In this document: positions 1-11,509 of the stretch, one piece after another | How the letters are laid out: every line of letters starts with the position of its first letter | Position numbering within the stretch: the stretch's first letter is position 1 | Assembly: GCF_963921235.1 (NCBI RefSeq) | Contig: NC_086097.1 | Coordinates: 145,330,001-145,394,000, forward strand | DNA from: Mobula hypostoma | Lineage: Eukaryota | Length of the DNA stretch: 64,000 nucleotides | Reading direction: 5' to 3' | Made by a program: the position numbers and the translations under genes | Notes under the pieces: generated by a model | Told to the model about the DNA's origin: nothing | What the model saw: only the letters and a program-made list of their open reading frames with translations | The model's database searches: none

Positions 1-453
1 ATGAAATTGCTTGGCTTGATCTGTGTTTTAAAGTAGACACAATAATACCTTGGGTAATCTGCTGGACTAGGGATAACTTCCAAATAATGTTATTTATGAG
101 GTGTTCTTTGGTTGGACATTACATGCAGGTTTGAGAGTGTTGGGGTCTGTGCTTGTCCTGCATGATTCAAGCTGGTTACTGAAGAGAACAAAGAGCCACA
201 AATGACAGCACAATAAATGGATGCTGGCTAGGAGCAGAGCCATTAAAAAGCTGTTAAATGTCAGATACATGACCAATAGTCAGTGACACGAATGAAATAT
301 TTGAATTGGTGAGAAATGAGTATAAAAGCGGAGGTGTTCATGTACAAGACAGGGATGACTCTGCCAGAGATTCACCATTGTGGATGGGAGGTGGCACGGT
401 TACACAAGGAACACAAGGCCAACTGCAGAAACTGGTAATAATCCGTGAGCCGG
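1..453 (+). repeat. 5' LTR, left part (U3/R), interrupted by a DNA transposon
   Basis: Diverged direct repeat of 10623-11097. TATAAAA at 321-327 matches TATAAAA at 10966-10972. Confidence 0.9.
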
Positions 454-3400
454 TAGGGTTGGTCGGTACCATCTGAGGGGAATAATGCTCATTGTGATTT
501 TTGGTAAGGTATACATCTCTAGAGTTAGAAAATATGTGATAGCATTGCACCAGTGGTAGTTTTATGTGTGCTATCATGCATTTTATAACACTATCCTAAC
601 ATAAGCATTTCTGAAAAGTGGCCAATATAAAGTACAGCATATATATTCAACCTAGTGGCATTTTGTCATCAGTGATCCCGCAGCATTGAAATTTGTCACA
701 ATGATAGCTGAGTTCAAGCACTTTTCATCAAATGTTGTTATAAAATTCTACATTGAAAACTATGTCATTGGTGGCACTCACAGTACAGTGCCCAATTTCA
801 GTGTAGAGTGAATCATCTCATTTTTAGAAAAAATATCTGTCTGTTGTTTATTTTGAAAAAGGCAATAAAAACCCTAGGAGACATATAATCACATGGATTT
901 GTAGAGAATTTATTCAGAAATTCAAATATGTAATCACTTTTTGTATATATTCCATATTAACATCAGTACAGCAGAAAACGTTACCACCCCCCCCCACCCC
1001 AAAGGTAAAAAAAAACCTCAATTGAAGAGATTTCTGGAGTTTTATCAATGTCATATTTTCCATATTGTTGTATCAAATCAAAACAACCTTAAGCTTTTGT
1101 CATAGCATATATAATTCAAATGTGGGGTTCCAGACAGCCGTAACCTAGGCCCCATTTGTTGTAAGATGAATATATTTAATCAAAGACTGCTTTCCATACT
1201 TTGTTTTCCATACTTTCATAACTTATTAATGATCATAATAATTTTCCAAGTCTTCCACATCTTCATCTGAACTTTCCATACTCTCTGAGGTGGATGCCTG
1301 GTTCTCAGTCTGCCAGTCTACACATGTCAGTACACCTGAGGCCATTTGCAACACACATACATCTTGGGAGTGAACATTTTTTTGGACAGTTACAGGCCAG
1401 TAGATCCAGGACGGCATCGGGTGCTGGCTGGCCTTCCATCCAGTGCACCACCAACTGTTCAGCTTCCTCTTCTCTCTCCATCTTCCATCCTCTGCCAACA
1501 GGGCTTGCACTTGTGGATCCTTCTCCAAACATCTTCTCCACATACCAGCCTGGTGGTTGGCTTGCTGTGCATGTTTTATTAAGCAGTTCTTGTGTGGTGG
1601 GAGTTGACGACTTTCAATTTCACCTTTTTTGGCACAGAAAAAGTGATACCTGAGCTCATTGACCTTGGTGGTCGATGCTTTTGGGGCATACAGCAGATAT
1701 GTAAATGCCTCCAGTTTGTCCATCAGTTCTGGGGAGAGGTCTTATTCCTGACCCAACTCTAAGAGTGTGTCCCGAGTTTCCCTGTTGCTGGTCAGAAGTT
1801 TTAGGGCACTTGTCTTCCCTCTGCCTGCAAAAGCGCTTACAGTGTCACATCCTGTATATGTGTGCAATCCGATGAGAGCCCTACAAACCTCTATGCCAAC
1901 AGTGGCAGCAACCTTCCTGGTGTCTACACGCCTTGTACGGGTTCTAGTGCCACACTTCTGGAACAATGGGGCCTCAATCTTGTCACAAAATGCTAAAGAC
2001 ATGATAAAGACATCTGTGTCTTCTGAGCAGATCACTACAGATTGGTATCCTTCTCTTGTGGCATGAGTAGTATGGAGAAGTAGGCGGCCATCTGCTTCTT
2101 CTTGTTGACACTGAAGAGCTGACACCTCGTCACCGTCTTGAGATGTGATTATGTATCATTTGTCATTCACAGTTGCATACAGAATCTTCTCCTGTAGCTT
2201 TGCTCTGTGCTCTGCCTTCCTCCATTCATGGACTATGAAGCTAACAAGACTATTTTTGTTACTGACTTTGGTTAGGAAGCTCCTCCACTGCCTCACCATC
2301 TGTGTGCCTGTGATACCTTGCAACTTATGACCAGTCTCTTCACCCCGTAGAGATCTTTCACTATTCTTGTAAGAGTTCTCTTTGTATGTGTTGAACACAA
2401 TATCTATTCTGCTCCTTTGATTGCCTTCCCTCAGAGCCATACCCAGAATTGTTGTGGCAACATCTCTGAAAGTAACTTGATCACCTTTCACTCTTTGGAC
2501 CAAGTTTACCCCAAAAACCACTGTAGCAGAGCTTCCTGGGAGTTGCTCTTCTACTGCTACATTTTTCTGCAAGGTTGTGGCTAAAGTAGCTTTATTTGTC
2601 TTTCTCAACATCCTTCTGGTGTGGACAGGGCCTTGGGCAATGGTCCAAGGGGATAAGAAAGGATATCCTCCCTACGTAGACTGCACCCTTGTGCCATCAC
2701 TATGAAGCGTCCAGACAAAGACCTGTCTGCTTTTAAGATGATCGCCTTCCCATTTGATTTCACTTCTCTCTTCTTACACATATCACTGAATGTTTTCAGC
2801 TTGTTGGTTTTTATTGGGTTATGGAATTTCTTTGCTGCTGGGTCTTCCTCTAGTCTCTCATCCTTGAAAGTTGCATAGCATTCCTCACCAATCTCATATG
2901 CCTTCATCAGGTTGGGGGCTGCCTTTGCCGTAGAAAAGCTGATGAGGTCCTGCTTCTCTGCAAATGGGTTGACCCATTCATGAACGAGGCTAACCACTGC
3001 TGAAACTGCTTCCTCATCTTTCTGGATTCTTGACCGCTGTAGCTCCGCATTACAAAGCTCTGATTTGTTGCCTTGCACCATCCCCCTTAACTGTCTCAGG
3101 AAAGCACTGCAGTGCTCAGTTGTTATGTAGTAACGCTTGATAGCCCCAGCATTCAGGCTGAGCCGTGATGCGCCTCCAAGAGTCTGTGTGTTCACTGTGG
3201 CTTCAATAGCCTGGTCCACAGGGATCTGCCCAAAGGGTTGTTACTTGACAGCTGCACTGAGAATAGGCCTGTCTTGAAGGCCTCATACACAGAAGGATTC
3301 TTCTCTGGGAGGTTCATCATCTGAGCAAAGTAAGGGGACAGGTACCTGGCATAATTCATCTTATCATAGGCGAAGCACCATGGGATCATGGTTCTTATAG

Positions 3401-3536
3401 CATGGAGGTACAACTCCCAGTCCCCCTCACAGAAAGCTACCACTGCTGCAATACTATCACATATTTTCTAGCACTAGGATTTATAGCCAAAAATCACTAT
3501 AAGAATTACTTCCCCCAGATGGTACCTGTGGCCCAA
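454..3536 (-). mobile_element. AcademX-type DNA transposon, internally deleted
   Basis: Imperfect ~105-bp TIRs (454-563 vs 3433-3536, e.g. GGTACCATCTG / CAGATGGTACC). Minus-strand fragments carry GDWELYLH..FAYDKMNYARY, DQAIEATVN, XPG/FEN1-like EEADGRLLLH..SEDTDV..TGCDTVSAF, and a Cys-rich CNCPKKC..CMC..C..C. Confidence 0.75.
1226..3443 (-). pseudogene. Fragmented Academ transposase / XPG-like nuclease / Cys-finger ORF
   Basis: ORF pieces 3192-3443, 2605-3219, 2156-2611, 1742-2125, 1226-1723 and 1305-1541 form one frameshifted reading frame. The N-terminal half is deleted: the ORF abuts the right TIR. Confidence 0.8.
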
Positions 3537-3716
3537 ATTTGGGGTCCTGGCTCACAGACTGTTATATATTTCCTATTCTTTGACTGCTCATGGAAGGTCA
3601 GGGGAGCTTAGCAGGTTCACGTGTTCTTTCGTTGAGACAATGAAGATACTAGTTGGTAATTACAGATTCTCTGTGCGCCTCCCTGATCATTATCGCAAGG
3701 ATTGATTTTTGTAATA
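3537..3716 (+). repeat. 5' LTR, right part (R/U5)
   Basis: Aligns with 11116-11156 and 11310-11442. Ends TGTAATA where the 3' LTR ends TGTAACA. Confidence 0.85.
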
Positions 3717-3720
3717 GAAA

Positions 3721-3738
3721 CGGCATCCCTGGGTAAGC
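3721..3738 (+). promoter_or_regulatory. Primer binding site, tRNA-Asn-like
   Basis: CGGCATCCCTGGGTAAGC matches TGGCGTCCCTGGGTGGGC (complement of the vertebrate tRNA-Asn 3' end) at 14/18 and starts 4 nt after the LTR end. Confidence 0.7.
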
Positions 3739-3849
3739 CTTCCGTTTTGTCAGCAGGAGACCCGAGTCGATTCACGCGGGTGAGAGACAGAGAGATCTAG
3801 GACTGGGTAGCGAGTTAGTACTGGCCCAGGGTGAAGAGTGCCGGCAATT

Positions 3850-5680
3850 CTGCAAGTCGGACTTGAATTGTTCCGATTGGAGGCGATTCCTCCAGATGTA
3901 CGTACGTAACTGGGGAAATGGCCGGAATATGGGGAGAATGCTGGATACACCAACGGTGACGGCGGCGAAGCTCTTTTTAAAAATGCCAAAGCGAAACGGT
4001 CAGACAAAGAATTTAAGCAGCTGTTGCCTGCCTCATTAAGGATTTTAAAGAATATCAGCAAAAAGCTGACGTCAAACGAGATAGGTTACAACAGGAAATC
4101 CTGGAATGTCGGTAAAAAGCAGAAGATGTGCGAAGTTGATTACAACAGGAAATCCTGCAATGTCGGCCAAAAGCAGAAGCCAAGCGAGATAGATTACTAC
4201 TGAAATCCTGCAACGTCGGCAAAAATCTGAAACTGAGCGAGACAGATTTCAACAGGAAATGCCGGAATATCAGCAAGATACTAAGGTACAGCGGGATAGA
4301 TTCGAAGACCAAAAGGCTCCAAAAGCTGGTAGAAAAACTTAAGGGAAAAGTTATGGATTTGCAGGAACGGGGAACTATGGATTTGGTGTATATGAACAGA
4401 TTCCAGTTGAAATCTGAGAAATTGGTTAAAGAAGGTAACCAGAAGGAAGAAGTTAATTTCGCTAAGAACGAATTGGGGGAATTAAAGAAACCGTGCAGTG
4501 ATTTAAAAGCAGCTCTGAATGTCATAGAGAAATCAGTACACGAAAAGAAACACAATACCAGCGATCATACAAAGTATTGAAAATAGACACAATAGCTGTA
4601 GGACCAACTTGCTGCAGAGGGAGGAATAATATGTGTTTTTGGATCTAAAAGAGGTGTGGAGAGTGAATACGGAGATATGACAAGATTAACCAAATAAAGT
4701 GACCACATATGAGGACCTTCTAATCGAGAGCCCCCGCCCCCCAACCACCCTACCCCCCCCGCCCCCACCCCGCTACTATCAGAGAGGGAGGTGCCGAGGC
4801 AGGAAATCAAAACCGGATTATAACATACACTGTAGCAGTTAGAGTATAGCAGCTGAAGGATTGCTAGGGATATCGGGACATATGTGCCCGGGGAATAATT
4901 CTCGGGAAACATTCCAAGCAATTAATTACCAGAAAGCAATACTTGGACTAGATTATACTGAACAAAGAATTGATTATAATGTGCCTGCATCCGAACATGC
5001 ACATCACTTTGCCAGTAATATCGCGACAGCTGGCGAAATAAATGAAGCGGTAAAGAATGTGATACTGCCTATTATGGGTAATAACAGCGGCGACCCAATA
5101 GACTAGTTACGTAAGTGTTACCAGAGGAAAGAACACCTCGCTGCATTTGCATCTATGGATCGTGTTCCAAGGGGTATATGGATCAACATTAGATCGCGAT
5201 CATTTAGAGCCAGAACCCGCACATAGATGGTTAAGAACATTAGTGCCCAACAGCACGAACAAATCTAAATAAATGTTGGAACTGTTTGATCCCAGTCACT
5301 CTACACATACTGAGGCATGGGTACTTAGGAAAATAATTGGAGCATGGGAGAAGGAAGTGCGGGAGCTACATTTTAACTTCAGGAATAGTCCAGAGGCAGC
5401 TAACGTGTTTTCCCTTCAAGAAAATACACAGAATATCGTGTGGGGAAATGCGGGTCAGGTCAAGAGCCGGCGGAGAGATTGTAGAAGAGAAGAAACACAG
5501 TGCTGGAATGCACCTTCACCCAATATGGGAAACTTCTGTCGTGAGCAGTGCAGTGCTCAAATCTTTGGTCGTAATGCCTGGAACTGTACAGCACAGTTCA
5601 TGTAATTTAAATCCTAACAAAAATCAGAGATTGGAGCTACAGAGGAGTCAGAATATGTCGGAATTTTGGTTAATGTGAAG
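3850..5680 (+). pseudogene. gag: gag-like ORF remnant with coiled-coil N-terminal region and proline-rich linker
   Basis: Lies after the PBS. Fragments 4353-4580, 4861-5106 and 5273-5605, plus EPPPPNHPTPPAPTP at ~4730-4772. Many stops and frameshifts; no clear CCHC knuckle. Confidence 0.65.
4056..4270 (+). repeat. Four tandem 54-bp units (18-aa coiled-coil repeat) inside gag
   Basis: Units start at 4056, 4110, 4164 and 4217 (the third is 53 bp). Approximate consensus peptide QQKAEAKRDRLQQEILEC. Confidence 0.9.
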
Positions 5681-5994
5681 ATTTCATGCTTTGAACTTGT
5701 TGAATGTTGTTACTTGGACATGATTTCTGTGTCGAGTAATACACTCCCTCAGTTTTGTCGGATTGTAACTGAATATTTTGGTAACAGTTTCACCCTGAGG
5801 AACAAGAGATTTTCTGAAATGATTTAAAGTGTATATGGTTTGCATGTTTCAAGTGTGGCCATTCTGAATTCATTTCAGAGAGAGAATCCGCGAGAGACGG
5901 TAGTAGAGAGAGTACTTTTAAGAGATTGTGCCCTTAGGAGACTGCATCAATATATTAATGTGTCAAGGGTCCCCACCCAGCAGTTTTTTCCCCC

Positions 5995-6262
5995 ATATAA
6001 CCACATAACAATTACAGCATGGAAACAGGCCATCTCGGCCCTTCTAGTCGGTGCTGAACTCTTAGTCTCACCTAATCCCACCGACCTGCACTCGGCCCAT
6101 AACCCTCCATTCCTTTCCTGTCTATATAGCTATTCAATTCAACTTTAAACGACAACATCGAAACTGCCTCAACCACTTCTGCTGGAAGCTCGTTCCACAC
6201 AGCTACCACTCTCTGAATAAAGAAGTTACCCCTAAACTTTTGCCCTTTAACTCTCAACTCAT
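5995..6262 (-). mobile_element. CR1 LINE 3' fragment
   Basis: ORF 6072-6257 NFFIQRVVAVWNELPAEVVEA is the CR1 ORF2 C-terminus; CATATAAC-type tail. Confidence 0.85.
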
Positions 6263-7074
6263 GAGTTCCTCTCAGTTTTTTTTTGAAAAATGTGTGAAAG
6301 CTTTTTGGGGTCCTAATTAACTGTCTATTTTAAAGTTCCCAGTCACTTATGGAAGGTCCTAAAGGAATAACAGTGCAAGCATGGATTTTTGTTTGTTCTG
6401 TCTGTGTTTTTTGTTTGTGTTTCTTTACTTGTTTTCCATGGAATTGAATTTAGAGGAACTCAGATTCCACAATGGCCAGGTGTAATCTGGGTTGAGGATG
6501 AAATTTGTGCATCTCTGTTCTAGATATTTCTGAAGGAAATTGCTCATTGGTGGACGGTAAAATTTGAAATTTGAACTTAACAATTTGGGAAGATTGGAAC
6601 ATTTGGGGACCAATCCTAAAAATTGCTTTTACTAACAAAACTGCTTTCATTTACAGAATATAAAAGATACTGCTCAAGACTTTTGACATATTGATTTTGA
6701 GTCTGAGATCCCTTGGAAAATAATTTTGAAGCAACCAGTGCTTTGTATGTAAAGTGCAAATGGAAGTTCAATTTTGGACTGGTTCAAACAGCATTTCAAC
6801 ATTTATCTAGCTACTGCTGGATGTTTGAATTAAAATGTTTTGGCACTGCAGGGCTGAGATACCCCTGTAAAGGGTATTACAATGTTTACCTTCCTTGCAG
6901 ATAGTCTTTATTGTACTGGAGAACTGCAGGGGGTCAGGATATAATAGCAAATTATTCCAAGGGTCTATTTCTGTCAAAATAATTTGGGGGGAGGGGTGGA
7001 AGGAGATTAAAAAGCAATACCCGAGAACAAAGGCACAAGGGGAAAACACAAAGGAAAAAGCCCTATTTTAATTT

Positions 7075-7520
7075 TTTTTGTCGATGACTCCTCATCAGTA
7101 CAGATGGGTGAGAGGAGAACTGTATGTGGTACATACTGTATGCAGAGAATGAATATGGCCATACAATAAAGGTATAGTATAGCTTTAAAGTTACCCTACA
7201 CTATAAATGCACAGCAGGAGAAGTGACAGCTGCAGCATATGTGGTTAGCCACCAAGAATGTTTTCTGCCCGGACCAGTCATACACTCTGTTAGTAAGAAT
7301 GTTTGTAATAGGCTTACAGAACATTTGCCTCTTTGGGAAGTAAGAATGTTTGTTTCAGCTAACGGAAAGCCCCTCTGACCTGCTGCTCAGTTGCAGTATA
7401 TTTTTGAAGAAGCGAATGAAAGAATACAGAGTCATGAAGATGAAAGCTCAGTCTAAATTATCCCCTAGGGTAATAAGAATGCTGAATTAGTGAATGGGTA
7501 AGAATGACAACTACAGATTA
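7075..7520 (+). pseudogene. RNase H remnant of pol
   Basis: Hand translation gives VDDSSSVQMGERRTVCG..ALKLPYTINAQQ..EVTAAAYVV..LTEHLPLWEVRMFVSANGKPL, matching the DGS / AQxAE / W..F...GK pattern. Confidence 0.7.
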
Positions 7521-7619
7521 AGGAGATGGGAAGGCAGAAGGAGCAAACAGTTAAGGTTATGGATTTAACTGAGGAGCAAAAGGAAGATACGGAATTAAAA
7601 AGAAGTGTAAAGAAAGGAG

Positions 7620-8440
7620 CCCTCCAACATTCCAGACCAGTGAAAAGGCCTTGGACTAATGCAGATTATACTGAACCTTTGCCACGCACACCAGGAGGGT
7701 ACAAATATATTCTTGTAGTTGTAGATAATTTCACCAAGTAGAGGTACAAACACGGACAAAGCCACAGCAAAAATCTGTTTTGGTGTTTTTCCTCACCAAA
7801 GATCAACTCAGAGTACAGAATCAGATCAAGGCACACATTTTACAGCCTAGGTAGTGCAATATGATATGGCAACTTTAGAAATTAGGCAGAGATTTTACAT
7901 GCCCTATAGACCACAGTCTACTGGAATTCTGGAAAGGACGAACTGCACATTAAAAAATATGATGGCCAGAATGGTGCAGCAACATGGAACAACAGGGCAG
8001 GTAGCTTTGCCTTATGTCCTGATGATGATAAGGAATACAGTGGCTTTATCAATGTGTTACACTCCTTATAAACTCATGACTGGAAAGGACATGAGATGGT
8101 TGGAGGTGTTGTTAGGATTAGACTTGTTAGAACTAGACTTGTTAGAACCCAAAATAGATGGGTTGGTGTCTGAAAAGTGGGTACAATAATTGGTAGAGAT
8201 GGGAAAAAAGGCCAATTATGTGGCAGCCCATCAACTATGAAAGAACGGCAACAGAATAAAGCCTACTTTGACTCAAAAGTCAGTCCCATAGAATTGTCCA
8301 GAATGAAGTGATGATTAGAATATACTATTTCACCTAATTTTTAAATCCAAGGTTTGGGGGGCCCCAATGAAATTACAGACAAAGCAAGTCCATCAATATG
8401 CAGGGTACTGATTTCTACTGATAAAAGTGAAGCATAATCA
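7620..8440 (+). pseudogene. Integrase remnant (core and GPY/F-like C-terminus)
   Basis: PLPRTPGGYKYILVVVDNFTK, SDQGTHFTA, YRPQSTGILERTN, TPYKLMTG and FLNPRFGGPNEITDKASPS. Confidence 0.9.
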
Positions 8441-8899
8441 CACTGTTGAAATTGGTGGGGGAGAAACAGGAAAGTTATCACCATCGGCATGTAACAATTG
8501 ATGTCCATGATGACATTCATTTTGGAGACTTGACAATCAATATACATGTCAATCCTGATTTGTCAGATTTGGGGTTGGAAAAGCTGTTCCAAGTAAATGG
8601 TGACAAATTTGACCAGGGAAGCATTATCCTGTTCTCTCAGTCAGAGAATCAGGGGAATTTTGTTAAGAAATAAAATAAAAGGAAAAATTTGCTTGCTCCA
8701 GCCTCCTCTATCCTGAATTGGAATTGGGTGGGAAAAGATGGATGGCTTCAGTCCACAGACATTTGGGAGCCTGGATTGGATCAGTCAGAAAACCATGTAG
8801 AAGCTATGGACAAAATGATTTATGATTGAAGTTTGAAACTGGAAATAAGAGCAGAGGTTACACTTGTGTGTTACAGGTTTAATTTGGTATCACAGGAAT

Positions 8900-10308
8900 A
8901 ATGCAAAATCAACTACCCTTCAACCTCAAGTAGCTGAAAGTACGGCAAAGTATAAATCTAGTGAGACCCAATGTAACACAAAGGGGCAGGAATAGTGTTA
9001 GGAAATACAGGGGAATTTGTCACTGTGCTACCAGGGTACCAACATGTGCAGGTAATTTTTAATCTAACTGAAATAAAGTACCAGAATGGTACTTATTTAC
9101 AATGGGATAGCTACTCGCTAATTTTCTTGGGACACAACTAAGCAGGAGTGAGTTTAAGGCAGTCCAAAATAGAAAGAAGAGAGGACTATTGGAATTAATG
9201 GAAGCATGTTATGCAGGGGTATAGCAACAGTTGACACTTTAGATATAGCAGAATTCGGAAACCAGATATGATCCCTTTAGCAGAAAATGTGGGATACTAC
9301 TGGAGAAAATTATCAGGATACAACTTAATGCATATCAAGGACCAAATCGGGTATCAGATGAACAACTAAAACAAGGGGATTGGGGAAAGTGCCCTTGTGT
9401 CATACGAGAAGGCTTATACTAACCAACAGAGTAGAGGGTACCTGTGATTACGATAAAGAAAGGTTTTATGTTGGTGCGGTATTTCATATTTCAACATGGA
9501 AATAATTCAACCTACTCTTTGAAAAGAGTTCACAGTGTGGGCAAATATCATGAGAAGAGTTGGATATTCTTAAGTAACCTACCAACACATGCTATTGTTA
9601 TGAATGGTATTGGAAATGGATAGAATTATCAAGGTGTCATCAAAGGAAGAGACCACTGGGCTTGCCCAGTGGAGATGACATGACATGAATTTGTGAATTA
9701 TGGTTTCATTAATGAGAATTGTTCATTGTCTAATCTACCTATAAATAATGAGTTTTTCTTACAATATACATTGTTGTGAAGACGTATTATGGCAACAGTA
9801 ACGAGTTATACCAGGGGATGGAAATAGTATCCTTGGAACATCATGATGTTGCTATTAGGAGCATGGCTTTAGACTGGACTATTGGAGAATAAACTTTGTC
9901 TCAGCCCAGCGGTGGATAAGGTAATGAAGGAGAAGCTTACAATCCTACAAACTGATACGGATTGACATTTGTGGGAGTATGTTGTTACCAAATTGCCATT
10001 GATTCTTCATATGACTGCTGACAGGATGAGTTGTGGAGGAGGCAAAGGAGATAATCCATCAATGGACTAAGCATACAAAAGTTATAAGACATGCTGATAA
10101 AGCAAATGACATATTGAGTAACACAGACCCTTGGGATAAACTTTGGAACTGGGGATCAAATGATCAAATACATCCATGGATGAGGATAATATCATATGCT
10201 GCTGTAGTATCAATTTCATGTAATCTGATAATGGTATTGTTTAATTGTATCACCTCAGGAGCAGAAAGGCTGAAGTTGTACAAGTGGAAGAGGATAATGG
10301 TTTTGTAA
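8900..10308 (+). pseudogene. env: env-like class I fusion glycoprotein remnant (F-protein-like layout)
   Basis: GAGIVLGNTGEFVTVLPGYQHVQVIFNLTE (~8984-9075); furin site RKKR|GLLELMEACYAGV at 9171-9221; heptad-like IATVDTLDIAEFGNQI; Cys-rich IELSRC..DHWACP..NCSL; membrane-proximal WDKLWNWG..IHPWMRIISYAAVV and a TM stretch in ORF 10033-10308. Confidence 0.75.
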
Positions 10309-10477
10309 TACAGAGAAGATGATTGTCTGTATAGAGTGTATGAATTCAATAAGGAAATAGTTACTTTTATCTTTGTATCATTTATTTGTCGCACACCTGC
10401 TAGGGGTTCATGGCAATCCTACGTGTAGTCAACAGAATAGAGGAGGATAGCGATCCTAAGATAAATATCTTTGGATC

Positions 10478-10490
10478 AAGAGGAGGGGGA
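10478..10490 (+). promoter_or_regulatory. Polypurine tract
   Basis: AAGAGGAGGGGGA directly before the 3' LTR. Confidence 0.85.
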
Positions 10491-11442
10491 AGTTGGCTAG
10501 CAAGAACCACAGACTATGGATGTCAGATGAATCAAGGACAGGCCAATTGTCTTTGTTCTTGCCATGAGGAAGGAGATGCAAGTTGCCATTTAATGAAGAG
10601 ACTGTGTCTTCTATTTTGTGAGATGAAGTTGCTTGGCTTGATCTGTGTTTTAAAGTAGACATGATGATGCCTTAGGTAATCTGCTGGACTAGAGATAACT
10701 TTCAAATAAGAAGTTATTTGCAAGGTGTTCTTTGATTGCATATAACATGCAGCTTTGTGATTGTTGGGCTCTGTGGCTGTCCTGTGTGATCTGAGCCGGT
10801 CACTGAAGAGAACAAAGAACCATAAGTTGCCTGTTGTCACTTGCTGGAGAGAGCCATAAATGGATGCTGGCTAGGAGCAGAGCCAATAAAAAGGTGTTAA
10901 AAGTCAGACACATGATGAACAGCTAATGACAATGGAATGCAATATTTGAATTGGCGAGGAATGAGTATAAAAGCAGAGGTTTGTATATACAAGACAGTGA
11001 TGTCTCTGTAGGATATTCATCAATGTGGATGTGAGGTGCCCCACAGATGCGGAGATTCAAATCAGGTCTGCAAGGAACATGAGGCAAACAGCAGAAAGTT
11101 CTTTTTTTTAAGATGGTATTATATTTTCCATTCTTTGCCTGTTCATGGAAGGTTACAGAAATTCTTGTTTGGTCAGGCCATGAAGGGTTTTGGGGAGAAG
11201 GCAGGAGACTGGGGCCGAGAGGAAAATAGTATCAGCCATGATAAAATGGTGGTGAAAATTCAATTGGCCAAATGGCCTAATTCTGCTCCTATATCTTATA
11301 GTCTTATGGAAAACTTAGTAGCTGTGCACACAAGGATTTGGTTGTATAAGTTCACATGTTCTTCCATTGGGACAATAAAGGTACTTGTTCATAATTACAG
11401 ATGTCTCTCTGATTATTATTACAAGGGGTGATTCTTGTAACA
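10491..11442 (+). repeat. 3' LTR, containing a CR1 3'-end insertion at ~11157-11308
   Basis: Follows the PPT; TATAAAA at 10966, AATAAA at 11374-11379, ends TGTAACA; homologous to the split 5' LTR. Confidence 0.9.
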
Positions 11443-11509
11443 GACTTGGTGGGCTGAATGGCCATATTCTGTTCCTTTGTCTTATGGTCTTATCTCCCCA
11501 TTGATTCTT

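Larger units (their letters stand above)
1..11442 (+). mobile_element. Decayed endogenous retrovirus-like provirus (LTR-gag-[PR/RT missing]-RNaseH-IN-env-LTR), lokiretrovirus-like; 5' LTR starts before the window
   Basis: 1-431 and 3560-3716 align by eye with 10623-11097 and 11116-11442. PBS-like motif at 3721, PPT at 10478, and gag, RNase H, integrase and env remnants in the expected order. Confidence 0.9.

Noticed and set aside
1742..2125. Host FEN1/XPG/asteroid gene or processed pseudogene
   Set aside because: Collinear with transposase fragments and enclosed by TIRs.
4056..4270. Regularly spaced repeats resembling a CRISPR array
   Set aside because: The whole 54-bp unit repeats with no unique spacers, it is codon-phased inside gag, and the context is eukaryotic with no cas genes.
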